The notes beneath the pieces were generated by a model. That model was given only the letters and a program-made list of their open reading frames with translations, did not search any database and was not told the DNA's origin. This document shows, piece after piece, positions 8,616 through 18,394 of a stretch of 64,000 nucleotides of DNA (positions are counted from its first letter, which is position 1; each line of letters opens with the position of its first letter). Source of the DNA: Flectonema sp. DT1601. Its lineage: Eukaryota. A program made the position numbers and the translations under genes. The DNA lies in assembly GCA_964019425.1 (NCBI GenBank), contig OZ025795.1:1-64000 (forward strand). The letters are read 5' to 3'.

Positions 8616-11125
8616 TTTGCGGGTTTGCGGGTTTGCGGGTTTGCGGGTTTGCGGGTTTGCGGGTTTGCGGGTTTGCGGGTTTGCGGGTTTGCGGGTTTGC
8701 GGGTTTGCGGGTTTGCGGGTTTGCGGGTTTGCGGGTTTGCGGGTTTGCGGGTTTGCGGGTTTGCGGGTTTGCGGGTTTGCGGGTTTGCGGGTTTGCGGGT
8801 TTGCGGGTTTGCGGGTTTGCGGGTTTGCGGGTTTGCGGGTTTGCGGGTTTGCGGGTTTGCGGGTTTGCGGGTTTGCGGGTTTGCGGGTTTGCGGGTTTGC
8901 GGGTTTGCGGGTTTGCGGGTTTGCGGGTTTGCGGGTTTGCGGGTTTGCGGGTTTGCGGGTTTGCGGGTTTGCGGGTTTGCGGGTTTGCGGGTTTGCGGGT
9001 TTGCGGGTTTGCGGGTTTGCGGGTTTGCGGGTTTGCGGGTTTGCGGGTTTGCGGGTTTGCGGGTTTGCGGGTTTGCGGGTTTGCGGGTTTGCGGGTTTGC
9101 GGGTTTGCGGGTTTGCGGGTTTGCGGGTTTGCGGGTTTGCGGGTTTGCGGGTTTGCGGGTTTGCGGGTTTGCGGGTTTGCGGGTTTGCGGGTTTGCGGGT
9201 TTGCGGGTTTGCGGGTTTGCGGGTTTGCGGGTTTGCGGGTTTGCGGGTTTGCGGGTTTGCGGGTTTGCGGGTTTGCGGGTTTGCGGGTTTGCGGGTTTGC
9301 GGGTTTGCGGGTTTGCGGGTTTGCGGGTTTGCGGGTTTGCGGGTTTGCGGGTTTGCGGGTTTGCGGGTTTGCGGGTTTGCGGGTTTGCGGGTTTGCGGGT
9401 TTGCGGGTTTGCGGGTTTGCGGGTTTGCGGGTTTGCGGGTTTGCGGGTTTGCGGGTTTGCGGGTTTGCGGGTTTGCGGGTTTGCGGGTTTGCGGGTTTGC
9501 GGGTTTGCGGGTTTGCGGGTTTGCGGGTTTGCGGGTTTGCGGGTTTGCGGGTTTGCGGGTTTGCGGGTTTGCGGGTTTGCGGGTTTGCGGGTTTGCGGGT
9601 TTGCGGGTTTGCGGGTTTGCGGGTTTGCGGGTTTGCGGGTTTGCGGGTTTGCGGGTTTGCGGGTTTGCGGGTTTGCGGGTTTGCGGGTTTGCGGGTTTGC
9701 GGGTTTGCGGGTTTGCGGGTTTGCGGGTTTGCGGGTTTGCGGGTTTGCGGGTTTGCGGGTTTGCGGGTTTGCGGGTTTGCGGGTTTGCGGGTTTGCGGGT
9801 TTGCGGGTTTGCGGGTTTGCGGGTTTGCGGGTTTGCGGGTTTGCGGGTTTGCGGGTTTGCGGGTTTGCGGGTTTGCGGGTTTGCGGGTTTGCGGGTTTGC
9901 GGGTTTGCGGGTTTGCGGGTTTGCGGGTTTGCGGGTTTGCGGGTTTGCGGGTTTGCGGGTTTGCGGGTTTGCGGGTTTGCGGGTTTGCGGGTTTGCGGGT
10001 TTGCGGGTTTGCGGGTTTGCGGGTTTGCGGGTTTGCGGGTTTGCGGGTTTGCGGGTTTGCGGGTTTGCGGGTTTGCGGGTTTGCGGGTTTGCGGGTTTGC
10101 GGGTTTGCGGGTTTGCGGGTTTGCGGGTTTGCGGGTTTGCGGGTTTGCGGGTTTGCGGGTTTGCGGGTTTGCGGGTTTGCGGGTTTGCGGGTTTGCGGGT
10201 TTGCGGGTTTGCGGGTTTGCGGGTTTGCGGGTTTGCGGGTTTGCGGGTTTGCGGGTTTGCGGGTTTGCGGGTTTGCGGGTTTGCGGGTTTGCGGGTTTGC
10301 GGGTTTGCGGGTTTGCGGGTTTGCGGGTTTGCGGGTTTGCGGGTTTGCGGGTTTGCGGGTTTGCGGGTTTGCGGGTTTGCGGGTTTGCGGGTTTGCGGGT
10401 TTGCGGGTTTGCGGGTTTGCGGGTTTGCGGGTTTGCGGGTTTGCGGGTTTGCGGGTTTGCGGGTTTGCGGGTTTGCGGGTTTGCGGGTTTGCGGGTTTGC
10501 GGGTTTGCGGGTTTGCGGGTTTGCGGGTTTGCGGGTTTGCGGGTTTGCGGGTTTGCGGGTTTGCGGGTTTGCGGGTTTGCGGGTTTGCGGGTTTGCGGGT
10601 TTGCGGGTTTGCGGGTTTGCGGGTTTGCGGGTTTGCGGGTTTGCGGGTTTGCGGGTTTGCGGGTTTGCGGGTTTGCGGGTTTGCGGGTTTGCGGGTTTGC
10701 GGGTTTGCGGGTTTGCGGGTTTGCGGGTTTGCGGGTTTGCGGGTTTGCGGGTTTGCGGGTTTGCGGGTTTGCGGGTTTGCGGGTTTGCGGGTTTGCGGGT
10801 TTGCGGGTTTGCGGGTTTGCGGGTTTGCGGGTTTGCGGGTTTGCGGGTTTGCGGGTTTGCGGGTTTGCGGGTTTGCGGGTGAGGGTTTGCGGGTTTGCGG
10901 GTTTGCGGGTTTGCGGGTTTGCGGGTTTGCGGGTTTGCGGGTTTGCGGGTTTGCGGGTTTGCGGGTTTGCGGGTTTGCGGGTTTGCGGGTTTGCGGGTTT
11001 GCGGGTTTGCGGGTTTGCGGGTTTGCGGGTTTGCGGGTTTGCGGGTTTGCGGGTTTGCGGGTTTGCGGGTTTGCGGGTTTGCGGGTTTGCGGGTTTGCGG
11101 GTTTGCGGGTTTGCGGGTTTGCGGG
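8614..11125 (+). repeat. GGGTTTGC array 2 (~2.5 kb) with one GGGTGA variant at 10877-10882
   Basis: Direct reading. Confidence 0.99.
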
Positions 11126-11537
11126 GAACCGCTCTGCATTTTCTATGCGATATCTGCTATAGAAATGTAAAAGTAATAATGAAATAGAAAACAGAGAGGG
11201 AGTAAGCAAGCAATTAATACTAAAGGAGAATGACGGAATCCAATTAAGGATAATTGAAATTGATCAGCTATATCGAATTCTGACATGCCGTCGTGTCTCA
11301 TCCATAAAGTATATCGCAGCTGTGATGGGAGATGATGGTTGTGAATTATAGTAATCGATAATTGAAGTATTGTCCACGTACGAAGTATATTCATTTGCGA
11401 CGGGGGTAGCAGGGCGCCACAGAGGCGAAATCGTCCGGACCAGGCTGTAAAATCTCTTTACAAGAAGTCGGCGCCAAGCGCTAAATCAAGGCTGTGATAT
11501 CGCTATGCCATTTGAGCTGTTCCCTGTAAAGGTGAGG
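11124..11537 (-). mobile_element. 414-bp non-coding insertion, probable solo B-spacer-A unit of a related YR retrotransposon family
   Basis: Same left junction as element 1 (GCGGGGAACC) and same right-end signature (GTTCCC-N11-GG|TTTGC). Shares an AGAAATGTAA.AGTAA block with repeat B and has a G-rich block at ~11398-11420. Confidence 0.75.
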
Positions 11538-11994
11538 TTTGCGGGTTTGCGGGTTTGCGGGTTTGCGGGTTTGCGGGTTTGCGGGTTTGCGGGTTTGCGG
11601 GTTTGCGGGTTTGCGGGTTTGCGGGGTTTGCGGGTTTGCGGGTTTGCGGGTTTGCGGGTTTGCGGGTTTGCGGGTTTGCGGGTTTGCGGGTTTGCGGGTT
11701 TGCGGGTTTGCGGGTTTGCGGGTTTGCGGGTTTGCGGGTTTGCGGGTTTGCGGGTTTGCGGGTTTGCGGGTTTGCGGGTTTGCGGGTTTGCGGGTTTGCG
11801 GGTTTGCGGGTTTGCGGGTTTGCGGGTTTGCGGGTTTGCGGGTTTGCGGGTTTGCGGGTTTGCGGGTTTGCGGGTTTGCGGGTTTGCGGGTTTGCGGGTT
11901 TGCGGGTTTGCGGGTTTGCGGGTTTTGCGGGTTTGCAGGTTTGCGGGTTGCGGGTTTGCGGGTTTGCGGGTTTGCGGGTTTGCGGGTTTGCGGG
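11536..11994 (+). repeat. GGGTTTGC array 3 (~57 units, several variant units)
   Basis: Variants at ~11623 (GGGG), ~11923 (TTTT), ~11937 (GCAGG) and ~11946 (GGGTTGC). Confidence 0.97.
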
Positions 11995-13823
11995 AACTTC
12001 AATGCAAACCAGTGTTTTCCCGGTGTCTCCCCGGCCACCGCCGAAGCGTGCATCAACCTTCCACCCATCGACTCAAGTTGCCCAGCCGTCACATTGTCCA
12101 TGTCCACACCCTGCAACTTCCGACATATCTTCGTCGATACCTTCACCTCCGACTCCCGATGGTCGAAGTCCACCCCCAAGAAAGTGTACTTCGTCTCCGC
12201 AGTAAAGCTGTCAGCTGGTTTCCAGGTTAAACAAAAGTCACCTGCAGCCGCATCGAGGTTCGCCGTAGCTGCAAGTACCATACCAGCCTCACCTGTATAC
12301 CGGATGTTGTCTATGAAGACATCAACCCGTACACCCCGCACACGCCACTCCGGCAGGACGTACGCAGGGTCGCCGGCAGCCGCCGCGGCCAGCGTGTGCA
12401 TGATCCCCGGCGCACACACATGGCCCATCGGCAACCGACAAAGTTCAAACCACGAACCCCCTTCCGTCTGAAAGCGAAAGAAAGAACGCGCTTCTTCCGG
12501 AATCTCGATCGCATAAAATCCCGTGCGAAAGTCCCGGGTACTCCCACATTCCTCCCGAACCTGGTCTAAGTACCGAGAGATGTGGTGCAGAGGTACTTGC
12601 GCAGTGTACCTCTCTTCCAACCAGTTCGCATCCTTGGTCCACAGGATAAACCTCTGGCGCAAGCCCTCGGGTTTCTCCTCTAACACCGTGAATGGAACAT
12701 TGTTCGCCTCACCCGGACCAGTTGCCTTCCGAGCAATGCCAAACGAAGCCAGTTCTCCAGCATGTTCCTCCGAAAATGCCGACCGTCCAGACGACCGGCC
12801 CGCCTTCCCCACCTCCGGCGAGAACGTCATCTTCCACACCTCGTCAAACCGTCTCCGTGGCTCAACATCCAACCTCCTCCGCAATCCTGCAACATCCATC
12901 ACGGGCACACCACTCACATGCAAGGGAGACGCCTTCTCCTCCCGAGTCGAAGGCAACCGCGTCCTCTTCCCCCGCCTCACCAGACTGTGCTGCGTTCCAA
13001 TCCTCACAGCAGCTTCGTCGCATGCCAAGTCCCCAATGCCCTGGCAGTACTCACCGGGTTCGACGCATACCGGAGGGTTGTGGACGACACCCCTTCCCCG
13101 CCTTCTGTGTGCTTGAGAAGACGTGATACCAGGGACGTTGACGTCAACCTTCCTTCCTCTAGCGCCTGCATCAGGACGCCGGCCGCCCCTCGCTTCACCG
13201 AGTGCGCCGTGAAGCCCTTCATGACCGGGTCTCCCCGCCACAGATCCACCAGCCTTTCCGATGTGACAGCCGTCAGTTGTTCGAACGGAGAGAGCTCCCC
13301 CACCAACCGAGCGATCACCCCCACCAGATCGCCCTGGATCACCACCCATCTTGAGGGAACATACGGGTCCGCCCGACGATGCTTCGGTGTCACCCCCCAA
13401 TCGATGATCACCTCGTCCATCTCGATCAAGATGAACTGTTGGGAAGTCAGCTTCTGTACCTCTCCCCACCTTGACGCCGTCTTCCAGCACACTAGAGCCG
13501 CCAACTTCACGTCTCGTGCTTGTTCGTTCGCCCACCGGACCAGCGTTTCCTTTCCGATCGGCTGAGCTTGCTTGACAGGAACCGCCGCCCCTTGTGCCCG
13601 GAGCGCGGCCGCCAAGCTGAGGAGCGGCTGCCGTTCCAACCCCAGGTGTCGGAACACACCGGACAGCGCTTTTGCGTAATTCAGCTGCCCCTGTGGTGTG
13701 ACGCTCGTTGCCAACACGAACAGTGCCGCCGCCTCGGCCGTAACCGGTATGTGCTGAGCCGCCGCCCAACCTTGCAGCCTGCCCCACAGGTTGCGCCGTT
13801 TCTGCGAAGTCTCGGCCGCCCAC
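11995..13823 (-). pseudogene. RT of element 2, truncated before RNase H by the satellite
   Basis: EEKASPLHV, NVPFTVLEEK, DFRTGFYAI, RLPMGH, VFIDNIRY, YTFLG; ends at WFALKF and then reads into the repeat. Confidence 0.9.
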
Positions 13824-14410
13824 ATTTGTGCGACCACACCGCCCAACCGTTCCAAGGCCTCGTCGAGGTTGACAGCCCCTTCCTGTGCCAGCGGCCGTTC
13901 CCCAGCCCCTGCCACGTGCTCCAGAACCACTTGCCCGAACACCGACGGCATCATCGCCCCCTTGTCGGCCAAATGTCCTTCCCTCATACTTTCCATGTAT
14001 GTTCTTCGTTGCTCCTGACGCACTTTTGGCTGCCCAGCATCTCCTGCTAAGCCCACCACGGTCTGCCTTCCGAATCCAGCCCCCCGAACCGGAACAACGA
14101 CCCTTCGCCTCCTTCCAACCAGATCGGGTCTCACCCCCACTTCCGGCAGTACGACCTCTCTGACCCCCTGGCCAGACATGTCCACTCCCCGAAGCGTGGC
14201 CTCCCCCACCTGGCTGGGCAAGCTTGTTTTGTCCTTCCTTCGAGCTTCCGTTCCCGGAACTGAAATCCCTCCGAACCTCCGGCCGTCCCGAGCCTCGTCC
14301 ACCCGAACCCGACCCGAGCCGCCCACATCGACCAACAACCCTCCAACCGGTTTGGGAAAGTCCACCACCCCAAGAGACACGACCCCTCCGACCTGTTCCC
14401 GGTCGGGCAT
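13004..14410 (-). CDS. Tyrosine recombinase of element 2 (conserved MWAAETS at 13825)
   Basis: CWKTASRWGEV, TPKH, FTAHSVKRG, LLKH, TLRY; collinear with the element 1 YR. Confidence 0.9.
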   Translation of the reverse strand: MPDREQVGGVVSLGVVDFPKPVGGLLVDVGGSGRVRVDEARDGRRFGGISVPGTEARRKDKTSLPSQVGEATLRGVDMSGQGVREVVLPEVGVRPDLVGRRRRVVVPVRGAGFGRQTVVGLAGDAGQPKVRQEQRRTYMESMREGHLADKGAMMPSVFGQVVLEHVAGAGERPLAQEGAVNLDEALERLGGVVAQMWAAETSQKRRNLWGRLQGWAAAQHIPVTAEAAALFVLATSVTPQGQLNYAKALSGVFRHLGLERQPLLSLAAALRAQGAAVPVKQAQPIGKETLVRWANEQARDVKLAALVCWKTASRWGEVQKLTSQQFILIEMDEVIIDWGVTPKHRRADPYVPSRWVVIQGDLVGVIARLVGELSPFEQLTAVTSERLVDLWRGDPVMKGFTAHSVKRGAAGVLMQALEEGRLTSTSLVSRLLKHTEGGEGVSSTTLRYASNPVSTARALGTWHATKLL

Positions 14411-14467
14411 GTCTATCTCTCGGACCGGAACCCCTCCAACTCGGTTGGGAACCGCCAGAGCTGACCG

Positions 14468-15969
14468 TCAGTAGCCCTGGCCCCGACCGTTTTTTGCCTT
14501 TGGCTTTGGCTTTGGCGCCGATGATGCAATACTCTGACCCCCAAAGCCAGAATGCGTCTTCTTCCCTACCACCTTGTCCGCAGCTTTCCTCGCTGCCGCC
14601 GTTTCCGGAGTCAGGGTCTCCTCCTTGAGCTTATTTTCGTAACTCCTTGCAGCAGCTTCGCTTGCCTCTTGGTACTGGTAGTACTCAAGCAACTTGAGGA
14701 TTTCCAACGAGGACTTCTCCGGTCCCGCCGTGACCACCGTAACTGCTAAAGCCGCTAGTCTCTTCGCGTTCTCCCACGTCCACTGCGCCCTTCCCGAGTA
14801 CCTCCTCGCGATCGCCCACTGCAGATTTTCGCGGCCCGTCGGGCCACCAGCAGCAAACCCAGCCCAGTTTTGCCGGTTACCAGCTGCCTCCGTCGAAGTC
14901 AGCTCGCTTCTCTCCCGATCTTCCTCTCCAGTGCCCCGGCAACCATCCATCTCCTCCGAGGCCAAACTCCCGGAGGTGACTCGCATCCCCCAGCGCCGCC
15001 GCGATCACCCGCTCCTGCTCCACCGCGATCACCACTCCCCTCTCTCAGAACCGCACAGGATCTTCATTCCGACCCGCCACTCCGGTCTCACGACTTCCTT
15101 CTGCCGTTTGCTATCCAAAATCCCCGAGATCTTCGAGACTGCCTCCGATAACAATGCATCCTTACCGCTATCAGAAGATGCCCCTACCGGCACTACCGAT
15201 GATTGTTGCTGTTGCTGTAGCTGCATCTGTTGCTGTAGCTGCATCTGTTGCTGTAGTTGCATCTGTTGCTGCTGCTGTTGTTGCTGTTGGTGCAGTTGCG
15301 CCTTCAAATCTGCTAACTCCTTCGCCTGCTGATGGCCCTGGGCTAACATCATCTCACGGAACCCCGCCGACCCCGACCGCTCCTGGCTTCGCTGTTGCTG
15401 TTGCTGGGCCTGTTGTTTTGATACCGTCTGCCGGAGTCTCGCAAGCTCTTCGATACTCTTCTCGGTGATGCCTTGTTGCTCCGCCAGCTGTGCGCGGAGT
15501 TGGGTGACTTGTTCGTCGCTTCTCTGCTGTTGCCCCTTTTGCATTCGGGACAATTCATCCTGCTGTCCCAGCAAGATGCTCTGGTGGTGTTGTTGTTCCT
15601 GCTTCTCCTGCTGCTCCAACCGTCCAACCTGCGATCGCACCACCGCCTCCACCGATCCCTGACGCTGAGCCACTTGCTGCAACGCCTGTCCCGTCTCCTT
15701 CACTCCGGCCAAACGCCGATCCGCTCCCAGCGCGTCTTCAAAAAACGAGCCAGCAGCTCGTCCGCAAACCACCTCTCACCACTCATGTCGTCCGCCTTTT
15801 CCGACGGCATCCACCAGAACCTCCCTTCTGCCTCCGACATACCTATCGCCTTTAGTGCGGCTTCCTTCCGCGCTCTCAAATCTACGTGGCCTTTTCTTGG
15901 GTGTGCCAACCCGGCGCCTTGCACCCACAACGACAGAAGACTCGTCGGCATCGAGAATTCATATGACAT
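14468..15969 (-). pseudogene. Gag-like ORF of element 2, split into three ORF pieces, with a polyQ tract
   Basis: Pieces 15700-15969 (MSYEFSMPTSLLSLW), 15029-15772 (Q-rich coiled coil) and 14468-14986 (basic C-terminus). Confidence 0.75.
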
Positions 15970-16407
15970 TATTTCAAACTTAAATGTACAAGTATGAAAA
16001 AACCCTGTGATAAAGCGTAAAGAATGACAAAATGGAAAAGTTAAACGATGAATAATTTTCTGAAATATTGAGGGACACGACGTTCCCAAGGATAACTTCT
16101 AATAATGCAAGCTTGTTTAGGCCATGCCTCCCACGCGAGCCCGGCGATACTAGCAGGCACCAAAAAATCATAATAATGATCCGGCATATTTTCTTAAAAC
16201 GCTTTGCGTTAAGACCCTTCCTAGCCTGAATAAATGAGTACAATAAAATAATGATAAGAGAAACAGTGAAATGATAATTCTGAAATAAAGACAAGAGAAC
16301 AGAAATAATACTTAAACAACGTTTAACGTAGATCAACGAAAAGTTAAATATTATAAGAGTATATTCGTACTTCACTTGCCTTTTGTGCAGTTCCCAGTCT
16401 GAGTGTT

Positions 16408-16440
16408 GGTTTGCGGGTTTGCGGGTTTGCGGGTTTGCGG
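16408..16440 (+). repeat. Short GGGTTTGC array 4 (~4 units) flanking the 5' end of element 2
   Basis: Direct reading. Confidence 0.95.
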
Positions 16441-16589
16441 CCTCTCCTGGTCGACGCGGTGCCAGCTGGAGTGCAACGTGGGTCGTCGCACGGAATCTTG
16501 CGCAAAAAACCATGCAAAATGGCAAAGACCGGATACAAAATTTGAATTAACAGAGGAAAAGAAAGGTTGCCCCAATAGATCGAAAAGCC

Positions 16590-18185
16590 TACCTGCAAAC
16601 CCGCAAACCTAATAATACAGGAAAGAAAAACAGAGGGCTTGGTTGTAAAATAAAGTTGTTCAGAAAGATAAAATGGGTAACTTAAAAATAAGCCTTACCC
16701 ACTAACCTAGCCATTGTTTTAATTTTTGCTGAGGCATGCTGAGGCAAAAGAAAAACAAGTTTAATTCAGAAAAACAAAAAATAAATAACTTTGAGCAAGC
16801 GAAGCCTGGACAGTGCGGATTGCGGGTAATTGTCCTTCCATACTTTGCACCTGTCTGATTCAAGGGTAACTGAATTCAAATTTCGTAGGACTCAGGGGTG
16901 GGCTTTGAAAACGTGAGTGTGAGAGAAAAGAGTGATCGAGCTGTATAAAGTCTTTTAAAAATAGAAAGCTAAAAATTGTGCTAGCATATTAGTACATTCA
17001 GAGAAATAAAAAGAAAAATAACTTTGCGTGAGCGAAGCGAGCCTGGACAGGTATCTCTAGTGCAGGTTTGCAGGTATAACAAGTATTCATAAAGTTACTC
17101 TCACCACAGTGGTGATTCTTTCCAAAACAAAGACGTTTACATGACCGTCCTAGTCGGACTCAGGCTGGCCCACCAATCGGTGACGGAGCAGTTGGGCGGC
17201 CGCCAGGTCTGCACACAACGGCCAGGGAGAACCTTATAGTGTGGCTTGCATTATCTGTTGTATGTTTGAAATCATTTTATAAATCATTCACAGTCAAACT
17301 TATGTCTGTAATGTGTGTGACAATTCTACCTGGGATGGGAATAGTATTAATAAGGTTATCGTTCATTTTTTGTTTGTTCATTATCACTTTCTTCCATTCA
17401 GCAGAGTGGAAATGTGGCTTGCCCCTTCTGTTTCACTGCCTCGCCTGCGATGTTTCAGGCCTTTGCCTTCAAAAAGTACGTTTCTATTTTTTCTTTTTCT
17501 TCTTTTTTATGTGGCAGTAGTAAATGAACTCTGAGTTCAGAAGGTGGAAGTTGTTTTGAATGTGGCAATAAAACAAAAAGTTGTAAGGTAGAAATGTGGA
17601 ATGCTGTTGGGATCTAGTCGTGGGAGGGAATCTTATTCGAGAAGGTGGAAGAGTTTTTTTTTTTTTTTTTCCTTTTTTTCAGCAACAAAAGGAAGAGAGC
17701 TCATGCACTTTTTTTTTCTTTACCTGTTGTTGTTGTCATCACAGGTGAAGAGGGTGCTTTGAAAACGTGAGTGTGAGAGAAAAAGAGTGATCGAGCTGCA
17801 TAAATAATTTCTTTTGAAAGTGAAGAAAGCTAAAGAATATATAAAAAATGTCTCTGTTGTTTTGTTCATTTTTCCAACTTTGGAATCATACACTTTCCTG
17901 TCTGATTCCTTTGATTCTTTCTCTGCAGTGCTAAGCTTGGTGGAAAATTACCTGAATGAATTCTAGGATTTTTTGGGTTCCAAGGAAAAAACTTTTTTTT
18001 TGAACCCGCTGACGGCTGTTTTTTGTTTAGGGACCCAAAAGAGGAAAGGCCAAAAAGCCTAATACAGGGAATAAAAACTGAGGTAACGAAGTTGTAAAAT
18101 AAAGTTGTTCACAAAGAAAAAAATGGTTAACTTGAAATAATCCACATATCCACTATAATAACCGAGCCATTGTTGTCATTTTAGC
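16590..18185. repeat. Mosaic of short dispersed imperfect direct repeats and degenerate satellite units
   Basis: ~16608-16720 resembles ~18058-18185; ~16902-16948 resembles ~17756-17803; ~16783-16813 resembles ~17015-17050. Confidence 0.7.
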
Positions 18186-18394
18186 ATACTTAAGCAAAAC
18201 AAAAAAAAACCATTCAGATTAACCTTATATTTCGTTGAATTTCGCAGACAAAATGTCGCATGGGGAAAATAAATCATGACCATAAGAAATGATCGGTTTT
18301 CAATCACAGCAATTCGCCTTGTCTTTGATGTCGCTGCCTAAAGGCTCTTGTGTAAAAAGTACCGCAAAAGATGACTGTTTAGTGGATTCGGACA

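Larger units (their letters stand above)
11993..16409 (-). mobile_element. Second, divergent GC-rich YR retrotransposon (element 2), 3'-truncated and with a broken gag
   Basis: YR and RT homologous to element 1; RNase H and 3' repeats missing; 5' end GTTCCC-N12-GG|TTTGC at 16390-16414. Confidence 0.92.

Noticed and set aside
3755..8620. LTR retrotransposon with target-site duplication
   Set aside because: No DDE integrase or protease motif; the repeats are split A/B rather than terminal LTRs; the junction G count is conservative.
11124..11537. Missing 3' end of element 2
   Set aside because: It has its own right-end signature, no RNase H remnant, and its A-like end is similar but not identical to element 2's 5' end.
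12523..15997. Numerous plus-strand ORFs over element 2
   Set aside because: Antisense shadows of GC-rich coding sequence.
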